Assembly (NCBI GenBank): GCA_964507075.1
Contig: CAZDOL010000003.1
Location: forward strand, 30,246-59,172
Source of the DNA: an uncultured Gammaproteobacteria bacterium
GTDB lineage: Bacteria; Patescibacteriota; Patescibacteriia; UBA2591; UBA6264
Reading direction: 5' to 3'
DNA: 28,927 bases
A program made the position numbers and the translations under genes. Within the stretch, counting starts at the first letter, position 1. Each line of letters begins with the position of its first letter. The notes beneath the pieces were generated by a model. The model was not told the DNA's origin and did no database searches. It saw nothing but the letters and a program-made list of their open reading frames with translations. This document shows, one piece after another, positions 8,564 through 16,007 of the stretch.

Positions 8564-9502
8564 ATGGAAATTGTTGAGATTAAAAATCAAAAAGATTGGA
8601 AAGATGGGAGTCAGTTTTTGCAATCCTGGCAATGGGGAGATTTTCAACAAAAATTGGGACGCAAAATATGGCGTTGGGCGATCAAAAAAGAGGGAAAGAC
8701 AATTATTCAGACCTTAATTATCAAGCGTCAATTGCCATTGGATCTTAGTTATTTATATTGTCCGCGAGGACCCTTTTTTCAGGACGATTACAACAAAGAA
8801 GCTTCAGAGTTATTAATGATCAGGATTAAATCTATAGCTAAAAAAGAAAAAGCAATTTTTTTTCGCTTAGAGCCACTGAAAGAGGTGGGCATGGTTTCTC
8901 CCAATTTGCAAGTTGATTCGATTCAACCCCATCAAACTGCTCTTCTGGATTTAACAGTGTCGGGGGATGAGATTTCAAAGAAAATGCATTCCAAAACCAG
9001 ATATAATATTCGTTTGGCTAAAAGAAAAGGAGTTGTAATCCAAGAAAGCAAAGATATAGAATCCTTTTGGAGCTTATTAAAACAAACCACTCAAAGAGAA
9101 AAATTCAAATCACACATTTTTTCTTATTATAAAAAATTATTAGATTGTCCATTTACTAAATTGTATTTAGCAAAATATAAGGATAGAATTTTATCAGCTC
9201 ATTTGATTATATTTTTTAACAAAACAGCCTTTTATGTTCATGGGGGGTCTTCGCGGGAATTTCAGCAAGTTATGGCGCCTCATCTTTTGCATTGGCATGT
9301 CATTAAGAAAGCCCAAAGTATGGGATATAAATTTTATGATTTTTGGGGTATTGATGAAAAAAAATGGCCGGGATTTACTAAATTTAAAATGAGTTTTGGG
9401 GGAGAAAAAATTGTTTATCCAGGTACTTTTGATTTACCTTTTTCGTCCTTTTGGTATACTTTATATAAGATAGGCAAGAACATTAGAACATGGGAACATT
9501 AG
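8564..9502 (+). CDS. FemAB-family peptidoglycan interpeptide-bridge aminoacyltransferase
   Basis: FLQSWQWGDFQ N-terminal motif and overall FemABX-like layout. The ATG at 8564 is preferred over the TTG at 8534 of the ORF track, because that extension is encoded by repeat R1. Confidence 0.75.
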   Translation: MEIVEIKNQKDWKDGSQFLQSWQWGDFQQKLGRKIWRWAIKKEGKTIIQTLIIKRQLPLDLSYLYCPRGPFFQDDYNKEASELLMIRIKSIAKKEKAIFFRLEPLKEVGMVSPNLQVDSIQPHQTALLDLTVSGDEISKKMHSKTRYNIRLAKRKGVVIQESKDIESFWSLLKQTTQREKFKSHIFSYYKKLLDCPFTKLYLAKYKDRILSAHLIIFFNKTAFYVHGGSSREFQQVMAPHLLHWHVIKKAQSMGYKFYDFWGIDEKKWPGFTKFKMSFGGEKIVYPGTFDLPFSSFWYTLYKIGKNIRTWEH

Positions 9503-9615
9503 AACATTAGAACATTAGAACAGTTCAACAATTAACAATCAACAATTTTCGTTTGGAATTTGGAATTTTGAACATTTGGTATTGTTTAGGATTTGAGATT
9601 TAGGATTTAGGATTT
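9478..9615. repeat. cascade of four short tandem-repeat blocks
   Basis: GAACATKR x6 (9478-9525), AACAATY x3 (9527-9547), TGGAATT x2 (9554-9567), one more GAACATT (9570-9577), RRGATTT x4 (9588-9615). Confidence 0.9.
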
Positions 9616-9625
9616 ATTTTTATTT

Positions 9626-10558
9626 ATGCTTTTAACATCTTTAGCTACAATTTTTTTTCTTATTGCTTCTCCTCTTTTGCCACAGGTTGTTTTTTGGGAT
9701 ACCATAATAAAGGCAGATTATCCTAAAGATAATTTTTCGTATTCTTTTGGACCGAAATTAACTGCGAAAAGCGCTTTGGTTATTGATTTTGATTCCGGGG
9801 ATGTTTTGTTTGAAAAAGATTCAAGTAAAATATTACCTATTGCCAGCATAACCAAGCTTATGACAGCTTTAGTTTTTTTAGAAAGAAATACTAGAGAATG
9901 GGATGAAGAAATTGTAGTTTTGGAAGAGGATTTAATCAAGTGGACTAATAATGGTGGAGAAGAAATTCAGCCAGCAATGCTTAGTATTAAAATTGGCGAC
10001 GAATTAAACGTTAAAGATATATTTTATTCTGGATTAATAAAATCAGCTAATAATTCAAGCAAGATTTTGGCTAGATTAACCCCTACTTGTTGTGGGCAAA
10101 CATTTCCTGACCTCATGAATCAAAAGGCAAAATCTTTGGGCATGACAAATACTTATTTTGCCGAACCAACAGGTCTTAGCTTGTCTAATAAATCTAATTC
10201 CGAAGATTTGTCCAAAATGATACGAGAGGTTTTTAATAAAGAGGAAGTCAAAGAAGCTTTATCCTATCAAACTTATGATATCAAAATTAAAAGAAATGGA
10301 TTGTCTTACAAGCAACGTCTTTATAACACTGATAAATTATTGGGTAATTTTATCAACCTTAAGGGAGCAAAAACTGGTTATTTAGAAGAAAGCGGTTATT
10401 GTTTGGCTGGGGTTAGTAATTATTTAGAGAAAAAATTAATAGTGATAATTCTGGGGGCTGAAACTGACGAAGATAGATTTCAGGAAGCAAAGTCCTTAAT
10501 ATGGTGGACTGTTCGGCAAGAACAGTTAAAAGGAGAAATAAATGTGGTTAGAGATTAA
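9626..10558 (+). CDS. D-alanyl-D-alanine carboxypeptidase (S11, PBP5/6-like)
   Basis: SITK (SxxK), SAN (in KSANNS, the SxN position) and KTG (GAKTGY) motifs in the correct order, with an N-terminal hydrophobic anchor. Confidence 0.8.
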   Translation: MLLTSLATIFFLIASPLLPQVVFWDTIIKADYPKDNFSYSFGPKLTAKSALVIDFDSGDVLFEKDSSKILPIASITKLMTALVFLERNTREWDEEIVVLEEDLIKWTNNGGEEIQPAMLSIKIGDELNVKDIFYSGLIKSANNSSKILARLTPTCCGQTFPDLMNQKAKSLGMTNTYFAEPTGLSLSNKSNSEDLSKMIREVFNKEEVKEALSYQTYDIKIKRNGLSYKQRLYNTDKLLGNFINLKGAKTGYLEESGYCLAGVSNYLEKKLIVIILGAETDEDRFQEAKSLIWWTVRQEQLKGEINVVRD

Positions 10559-11162
10559 AACAATTCTTTTGGCAATGATGCCGATTAATGAATTGAGGGG
10601 AACTATCCCAATTGCTATCTTACTTTTTGAATTAACCCCTTTGAAGGCTTTTTTTCTGGCTTGCCTTGGCAATATGTTGCCTATTGTTTTTTTGCTCTGG
10701 TTTTGGAAATATTTGTCTGAGAACTGGGCGTCTAAAAATAAATTGGTAAAGAAATTTTTAAAATGGATTTTTCAAAGAACCAGAAAACGCTTTTATAAGA
10801 ACCTTCCTCGCTCCGCTCGAAAGAACCTTGTTACTCGCTTCGCTCGTAATAAAAACCTTCCTCGCTCCGCTCGAAAGAACCTTGTTACTCGCTTCGCTCG
10901 TAATAAGAACCTTCCTCGCTCCGCTCGAAAGAACCTTGTTACTCGCTTCGCTCGTAATAAAAAATATGCGATTTGGGTAGACTTAGGTCTAATTTTGTTG
11001 GTGGCTATTCCATTGCCATTTACTGGGGCTTGGACTGGGAGTATTGCTGCTTTTCTTTTTGGAATTTCTTACGGTCGCAGTTTAGGCCTTATTTCAATAG
11101 GGGTTTTAATCGCTGGTGCGGTAGTAACCATAATAACTACAGGAATTTATTCTTTCTTATAA
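10542..11162 (+). CDS. small multidrug export family (COG2426-like) membrane protein with repeat-derived loop insertion
   Basis: INELRGTIPIA at the N terminus and VAIPLPFTGAWTGS in the C half fit the family. AGGAG lies before the ATG. The central loop contains 3 x 18 aa (KNLPRSARKNLVTRFARN). Confidence 0.65.
   Translation: MWLEIKTILLAMMPINELRGTIPIAILLFELTPLKAFFLACLGNMLPIVFLLWFWKYLSENWASKNKLVKKFLKWIFQRTRKRFYKNLPRSARKNLVTRFARNKNLPRSARKNLVTRFARNKNLPRSARKNLVTRFARNKKYAIWVDLGLILLVAIPLPFTGAWTGSIAAFLFGISYGRSLGLISIGVLIAGAVVTIITTGIYSFL
10800..10961 (+). repeat. 3 tandem copies of a 54-nt unit (AAGAACC repeat family, copy R2), in frame inside the CDS
   Basis: Units at 10800, 10854 and 10908. Each unit is itself two related sub-repeats (24 + 30 nt) that begin (A)AGAACCTT. 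The copies differ only at the last unit base, position 54 (a/g). Confidence 0.9.
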
Positions 11163-11169
11163 ATATAAA

Positions 11170-11940
11170 ATGAAAAAATCAATTATTGTGGCTAATTGGA
11201 AAATGAATCTAGTTGGTCCCAGTGCTAAAAATTTGGCAAAGAACATCAAAGAACAATCCCGGGGCATTAACGACATGGATATTGTGCTTTGTCCTTCTTT
11301 TCTTGACATAGAGGCCATTGCGGAAATATTAAAGGATCAAAAAATTCTTAAGTTATTTTTGGGAGCTCAAGATTGTTTTTGGAAATTAAAAGGAAATTTT
11401 ACCAGCGGAATTTCACCATCTTATTTAAAGAGTATGGGATGCGATTATGTTATTTTAGGTAATTCAGAAAGGCGTAAATATTTTCAAGAGACAGATGAAA
11501 TGGTTAACCATAAGGTACAAGCATCTTTATTGGCTGGTTTAACGCCGATCATTTGTGTAGGAGAAACCATGGAGGAAAGAAAGAAAGGCATTAAGGATTA
11601 CATTGTTTTGGGGCAAATTTCTTCCGCCTTTAAAGGTATTAATTTAAGAGCTATACAGAAAATTGTTATTGCCTATGAGCCAGTTTGGGTTATGGGTTCA
11701 ACACAAATAATTGAACCCGAGGAGGCAATATATATGCACAAAATAATTATGCAAAGAATGATTGATCTTTATCCTTTGCCATTGGTTAATAATAATATTA
11801 GATTTATTTATGGGGGGAGCGTTAACTCTGACAACATGGGTTCGTTTTTTGAAAAGGGATTAACTGACGGATTTTTGATTGGGAAAGCCAGCTTAGAGGC
11901 AGATGAATTTATTAATATGTGTAGTTTAATTAAAAGATAA
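11170..11940 (+). CDS. tpiA: triosephosphate isomerase
   Basis: IVANWKMN start, catalytic-region AYEPVWVMGS, YGGSV near the C terminus. Confidence 0.9.
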   Translation: MKKSIIVANWKMNLVGPSAKNLAKNIKEQSRGINDMDIVLCPSFLDIEAIAEILKDQKILKLFLGAQDCFWKLKGNFTSGISPSYLKSMGCDYVILGNSERRKYFQETDEMVNHKVQASLLAGLTPIICVGETMEERKKGIKDYIVLGQISSAFKGINLRAIQKIVIAYEPVWVMGSTQIIEPEEAIYMHKIIMQRMIDLYPLPLVNNNIRFIYGGSVNSDNMGSFFEKGLTDGFLIGKASLEADEFINMCSLIKR

Positions 11941-12245
11941 TGATTGAAGTTGTTTTTTTGATAATTTTCTTTGCTTGTTGGGGAGGAATCATTTTTATCA
12001 TTAGCCGTAAATTATTTTTTCTTTCTAATCTTGATATTTCTAAAATACCAAAAGAAAAAATGGCTAAAATGAAGAGAGAATTATTAGAAAAAAAGATTGC
12101 TCGAGAGATGACAGAATTAACAAACAAAATAGTCAAACATTTGAATATTTTGGCTTCTAAGCTCAAACCCAAATTCAATAAGGGCTTGATTTATTTAAAA
12201 AATACGATAAAATTGATTAAAAAGAAGCATAAGTCATTGAAGTGA
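11940..12245 (+). CDS. hypothetical membrane-anchored Lys-rich protein (101 aa)
   Basis: The ATG overlaps the tpiA stop by 1 nt. It has one N-terminal TM helix and is co-directional with its neighbours. The antisense ORF 11930..12178 is judged spurious. Confidence 0.5.
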   Translation: MIEVVFLIIFFACWGGIIFIISRKLFFLSNLDISKIPKEKMAKMKRELLEKKIAREMTELTNKIVKHLNILASKLKPKFNKGLIYLKNTIKLIKKKHKSLK

Positions 12246-12258
12246 TTTCCTGTCAAAG

Positions 12259-12333
12259 GCCAACGTAGCTCAGTGGTAGAGCAACTCCATGGTAAGGAGT
12301 AGGTCGTCGGTTCAATCCCGACCGTTGGCTCCA
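12259..12333 (+). tRNA. tRNA-Thr (anticodon GGU), CCA encoded
   Basis: Acceptor GCCAACG/CGUUGGC, anticodon stem ACUCC/GGAGU with loop AUGGUAA, T arm GUCGG-UUCAAUC-CCGAC. Confidence 0.9.
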
Positions 12334-12338
12334 TTCAT

Positions 12339-12423
12339 GGGTGGGTACCCAAGTGGCCAAAGGGATTTGGCTGTAAACCAAATGGCTCTGCCTTCGTAGG
12401 TTCGAATCCTACCCCACCCACCA
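12339..12423 (+). tRNA. tRNA-Tyr (anticodon GUA), long variable arm, CCA encoded
   Basis: Acceptor GGGUGGG/CCCACCC, anticodon stem UUUGG/CCAAA with loop CUGUAAA, T arm GUAGG-UUCGAAU-CCUAC. Confidence 0.9.
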
Positions 12424-12432
12424 TAAATCATA

Positions 12433-12456
12433 GAACATTGGAACATTGGAACATAA
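12433..12456. repeat. GAACATTG x3 tandem repeat
   Basis: gaacattg gaacattg gaacataa. This is the same 8-mer family as at 9478-9525. Confidence 0.8.
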
Positions 12457-12484
12457 AAAACTCTCTATAGTAGAGAGTTTTTGT
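12455..12484. terminator. bidirectional intrinsic terminator
   Basis: AAAAAACTCTCTA-tag-TAGAGAGTTTTT. There is an A run on one side and a T run on the other, between the convergent tRNA-Thr/Tyr pair and tRNA-Gly. Confidence 0.7.
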
Positions 12485-12500
12485 ATATAATATGAAATAA

Positions 12501-12575
12501 TGGAGCGGGAGACGGGGATCGAACCCGCGATCTTCTCGTTGGCAACGAGACGCTCTACCACTGAGCTACTCCCGC
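12501..12575 (-). tRNA. tRNA-Gly (anticodon GCC), CCA encoded
   Basis: Minus-strand cloverleaf: acceptor GCGGGAG/CUCCCGC, anticodon stem UCUCG/CGAGA with loop UUGCCAA, T arm GCGGG-UUCGAUC-CCCGU. Confidence 0.9.
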
Positions 12576-12580
12576 CTTAT

Positions 12581-13861
12581 TTATTTTGTTTTTTTTAATA
12601 TATCAATTACTTTACGATTCGTTAACAAATTTTTCAAATAATTTTTTCCAGATTCAGTAGCAAAATTTTTTAATAGTTCTTCTTGGTTTTTGTATAATTT
12701 TGATATTTTTTTTATTTCTTCTTCGCTTTCTTCTTCGCTTACGGTTATCTTTTCCTTTTGAGCAATTTCGCGAATACATAAAGCGCTTTTTATTCTTTCT
12801 TCTGCCTTGGGAATAAATTGTTTTTGTAATGATTCAACGCTACCCTTAATACTTTGGAGATAATCTTCAAATTTCCCCGAAGATTGTTCAATAGAAGCCT
12901 TTAATTCTTCTATCATTTTATTTATTTCATTGTCAATAAGTATTTTTGGCATTTCTTCAAATTGAGTTTGTTTAATCAACTCTTGTAAAATTTCTACTTC
13001 TCGTCGTTGTTCTTCTTTGAGGCGAGCATTTTCTTCTAAATTTTCTTTTATTTTCTCTTTAAGATTTTCTAAGGAATTAAATTTTCCTACGCTTTGAGCA
13101 AATTGGTCGTCAATTTTAGGTAAATCAATATTGTATACACTGTTAATTTTTACTTTAAAATCAATAAGTTTGCCAGCAGTTTGTTTGTCTGGATGAGATT
13201 CGGGATAGCAAAATGAAAATTCGGTTTGTTCATTTTTTCCTAAACCAATAATTTTATCATTTAGGCCAGGGAAATATTCTTTTCCCGAACCTAAAATTAA
13301 GGAGAAATTTTTGATTTGTCCATTCTCCAAGGGAACTTTGTCGTGAAATAATTCTAAATCGACGCTTGCTTTGTCGCCTTTTTTGGCTTTGCGTGAAACT
13401 AATGTTTCTTTGCCACGCATAGTTTGCAATTCTGAAATTACTTTTTCTATTTGGTTATTTTCAATTTTAGTTTTTTTCTCTGATATTTTTATATTTTTAT
13501 AATTCCCTAATTTAATTTTTGGAATCAGAGGAATTTTTAATTTGAAAATTAAAGGATTATTTGGCGCAAGTTTGATTATTTCAACTTGTGGGGGAGCTAC
13601 GGGTTCTAATTTTTCTTGCTTGATAATTTCAGGATATTTTTTGTTAATGGCTAAATCAGCCATCTCTTCCAAGATTTTCAATGGAGATATCCTTTGTTTC
13701 AATATTTCGTTTGGAATTTTTCCTGGACGAAATCCCTCTACTTTAGTATTGAGAGATAAGTTATTCAATGCTTTTTCCTCAAATTCAGATATTTCTGTGA
13801 CTGACAGTTCAACAGTAATCTCAATTAAATTTTGTGGAAATTTTTTGGCCTCAACTTTCAT
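12581..13861 (-). CDS. tig: trigger factor
   Basis: MKVEAKKFPQNLIEITVELS... with GFRPGKIP in the ribosome-binding N domain. The ORF-track start at 13903 is a TTG that would overlap nusA by 53 nt, so the ATG at 13861 is preferred. Confidence 0.9.
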   Translation of the reverse strand: MKVEAKKFPQNLIEITVELSVTEISEFEEKALNNLSLNTKVEGFRPGKIPNEILKQRISPLKILEEMADLAINKKYPEIIKQEKLEPVAPPQVEIIKLAPNNPLIFKLKIPLIPKIKLGNYKNIKISEKKTKIENNQIEKVISELQTMRGKETLVSRKAKKGDKASVDLELFHDKVPLENGQIKNFSLILGSGKEYFPGLNDKIIGLGKNEQTEFSFCYPESHPDKQTAGKLIDFKVKINSVYNIDLPKIDDQFAQSVGKFNSLENLKEKIKENLEENARLKEEQRREVEILQELIKQTQFEEMPKILIDNEINKMIEELKASIEQSSGKFEDYLQSIKGSVESLQKQFIPKAEERIKSALCIREIAQKEKITVSEEESEEEIKKISKLYKNQEELLKNFATESGKNYLKNLLTNRKVIDILKKTK

Positions 13862-15137
13862 CTTTTTTCTTTTTGACAGTTTTCTTTTTAACTTTTTTGA
13901 CAACCTTTTCTTTTTTAACCTTTTCTTTCTTAACCTTTTCTTTCTTTTTTATTTTTTCTTTTATTTCCCCGTCTTCTTTTTCTTTCTCAATTTTTTCTTT
14001 TTTTTCTTCCTCCTCAATATATTCCTTAATATTAATTTTCCAGCCCGTTAATCTGGCAGCTAATCTAACATTTTGGCCAGATTTCCCAATAGCCAAAGAG
14101 AGTTGATCTTGCTTTACTTTAACCAAAGCTATTTTTTCTTTTTTGTTAATTTTTATTGACGAAATTTTGGCTGGAGAAAGTGCGTTGGATATAAATTCTT
14201 GGGAATCTTCAGAGTATCTAATAATATCTATTTTTTCTCCTCCAGACTCCGCGATAATTGTTTGGATTCTTATCCCTTTTTGACCAACGCAACTACCAAT
14301 TGGGTCTAAATTTTTTTCTTCAGTCCAAACAGCCACCTTAGAACGTGAACCAGGTTCGCGAGCAATAGCTTTAATTTCTACGGAATTATTGGCTACTTCT
14401 GGGATTTCAATTTTAAATAGTTCTTTTAGAATTTCTGGATGACGTCTGGAAACAATAATTTCTGGGCCCTTAGATCCCTGATTGACTGACATTATAAAAA
14501 CTTTTATTTTTTGATCTGAAGAATATCTTTCTTCTAATATTTGTTCATGTGAAGGTAAGATAGCAGTGGTATCTCCTAAGTCAATAAAAGTGGTATATTT
14601 CTCTTGTCTTTGTACAGTTGCATTAATTACTTTTCTTTCTTGGCCTTTATATTTTTGAAAAATTATTTCTCGTTCTGCTTCTCTTAATCTCTGAGTAATA
14701 ACTTGTTTGGCGGTTTGAGCTGCTATTCGCCCAAATTCTGATGGCACCTCTAAAGGAGTTTTGATGATGTCTCCAATTTTAACTTTATTTTTAGCAATTT
14801 TTTTATTATTAGGGCGCAGTAGCTTAGCTTCAGAAATTTGTATCTCGGTTCGCGGATTAAAACGTTTTTTTTCTTGTTTTTCTTCTTTGTCATTATTTTC
14901 AGTTTCTTCTTCAGTTTCTTCTTCGTCTAAAACATCCTCAACCACGGTCTTAATATCAAAGACCTTCATTCCTTTGTTTTCGGGGTTAAATTTAACTTTA
15001 ATGTTTTGATTTTTTTCGCCGAAATCTTTACGAAAAGCTGCTGCCAAAGCTTGTTCTATGGCCTCTAAAACCTGCTCTGGAGAGAGATTTTTTTCTTCGC
15101 AAATTTGTTGTATGGCGGACAAAATAGTAGATTCCAT
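13851..15137 (-). CDS. nusA: transcription termination/antitermination factor NusA with Lys/Glu-rich C-terminal tail
   Basis: NusA N-terminal domain (LEAIEQALAAAFRK), then an S1 domain and two KH domains (GPIGSCVGQKG, LAIGKSGQNVRLA). There is an acidic insert near aa 70-95 and a KE-rich tail. Confidence 0.9.
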   Translation of the reverse strand: MESTILSAIQQICEEKNLSPEQVLEAIEQALAAAFRKDFGEKNQNIKVKFNPENKGMKVFDIKTVVEDVLDEEETEEETENNDKEEKQEKKRFNPRTEIQISEAKLLRPNNKKIAKNKVKIGDIIKTPLEVPSEFGRIAAQTAKQVITQRLREAEREIIFQKYKGQERKVINATVQRQEKYTTFIDLGDTTAILPSHEQILEERYSSDQKIKVFIMSVNQGSKGPEIIVSRRHPEILKELFKIEIPEVANNSVEIKAIAREPGSRSKVAVWTEEKNLDPIGSCVGQKGIRIQTIIAESGGEKIDIIRYSEDSQEFISNALSPAKISSIKINKKEKIALVKVKQDQLSLAIGKSGQNVRLAARLTGWKINIKEYIEEEEKKEKIEKEKEDGEIKEKIKKKEKVKKEKVKKEKVVKKVKKKTVKKKKDES

Positions 15138-15233
15138 ATATTTTATTTTTTAGACAAAGATAACTAACCCGACTTTAGGTTAGTTTGTTGTGTTAAAACT
15201 ATACAGTATTTTTCAAAAAATACAACCCATTTA

Positions 15234-15809
15234 TTATGATGTATGGTTCTTGATAAAGATTAGGGCGTAATGATATGGTCCAGCTTCTAGTTCTTTTTGA
15301 AATTGCAGCCCCGCTCGTTCGGCATATTTTTTAGTTTCTTCAATTGAAAGACGATTTTCTATGGGAGGGCCCAAAGGCGCTTTAGTCTTTTTCCATTCGG
15401 TAATTAGAAGTTTGCCCTGTTTTTTCAATATACGAAATGCTTCTTCCATAACTTGTTCTATTTTTTCATTTTGAAAAAGTATATTATTGAGCATAGCCAA
15501 ATCTATGCTTTCTTTTGGTATTTTGGTTGATTCAGGGACTTCTAAATCCGCCCAAATTGTTCTTAAATTTGTGATACCGAATAAATGAGCAGTGTTTTTT
15601 ACATTTTGTAGAGCTGGTTTGATAATATCCACAGCATAGGCCAAACCGTCTTCACCTATTAGCTTAGCGGCCTGAATGGCAAAATATCCCCTGCTTCCGC
15701 AACCCAAATCAGCAATTTTCATTTTTTCTTCTATACCTGCTTCTTCTAATAAACTGCGTGCATCAATTACACTATCTTTGATTATGTTTTGCTTATTTTC
15801 GTTAGCCAT
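15234..15809 (-). CDS. class I SAM-dependent methyltransferase
   Basis: 191 aa with motif I IADLGCGSRG and a Rossmann-like layout. Confidence 0.75.
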   Translation of the reverse strand: MANENKQNIIKDSVIDARSLLEEAGIEEKMKIADLGCGSRGYFAIQAAKLIGEDGLAYAVDIIKPALQNVKNTAHLFGITNLRTIWADLEVPESTKIPKESIDLAMLNNILFQNEKIEQVMEEAFRILKKQGKLLITEWKKTKAPLGPPIENRLSIEETKKYAERAGLQFQKELEAGPYHYALIFIKNHTS

Positions 15810-15821
15810 ATTATTGATAGT

Positions 15822-15860
15822 ATAAGAACCCTTCGCTTCGCTCAGGAACCTTGTAATTAA
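15822..15860 (+). repeat. AAGAACC dispersed repeat, copy R3 (shorter)
   Basis: ataagaacccttcgcttcgctcaggaaccttgtaattaa shares ATAAGAACC, CGCTTCGCTC and GAACCTTGT with R2. Confidence 0.45.
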
Positions 15861-15919
15861 ATATTATTATATATAAATTAATGTATTTTAATTATAAATA
15901 AATTTGTTAATATTCGCAA

Positions 15920-15949
15920 GCCCCCACACCTATGCATAGGTGTGGGGGC
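15920..15949. repeat. perfect 30-nt GC-rich palindrome, possible murA terminator hairpin
   Basis: GCCCCCACACCTATGCATAGGTGTGGGGGC, located 59 nt downstream of the murA stop. No clean U run follows on the minus strand. Confidence 0.5.
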
Positions 15950-16007
15950 AAGTTCTAAGATTTCTTTTTTAAAAATCCCGATTACCCAATTAACCGATTA
16001 CCCATCT

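Noticed and set aside
10800-10961. The tandem 24/30-nt sub-repeats beginning AAGAACC looked like a CRISPR-like array.
   Set aside because: There are no unique spacers. The array is an exact 54-nt tandem triplication inside an intact reading frame.
10973-11173. 66-aa ORF in an alternative frame at the end of the membrane protein gene.
   Set aside because: It is nested in the conserved C-terminal TM region of the COG2426-like protein.
11930-12178. 82-aa minus-strand ORF opposite 11940..12245.
   Set aside because: The plus-strand ORF is coupled to the tpiA stop and is co-directional with its neighbours. Only one of the two can be real.
12581-13903. Longer ORF-track starts for tig (13903), the FemAB gene (8534) and the 3790..4050 ORF.
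   Set aside because: All three start at TTG codons. Better ATG starts exist at 13861, 8564 and 4014, giving canonical N termini and less overlap with neighbours or repeats.
13851-14010. Repetitive aaccttttctttctt DNA at the nusA 3' end, considered as a possible repeat element.
   Set aside because: It simply encodes the KE-rich low-complexity tail (KEKVKKEKVKKEK). There are no copies elsewhere in the window.
13542-14106. Phe/Leu/Ser-rich ORFs 13542..14051 and 13834..14106.
   Set aside because: They are low-complexity mirror images of the Lys/Glu-rich tig N terminus and nusA tail.
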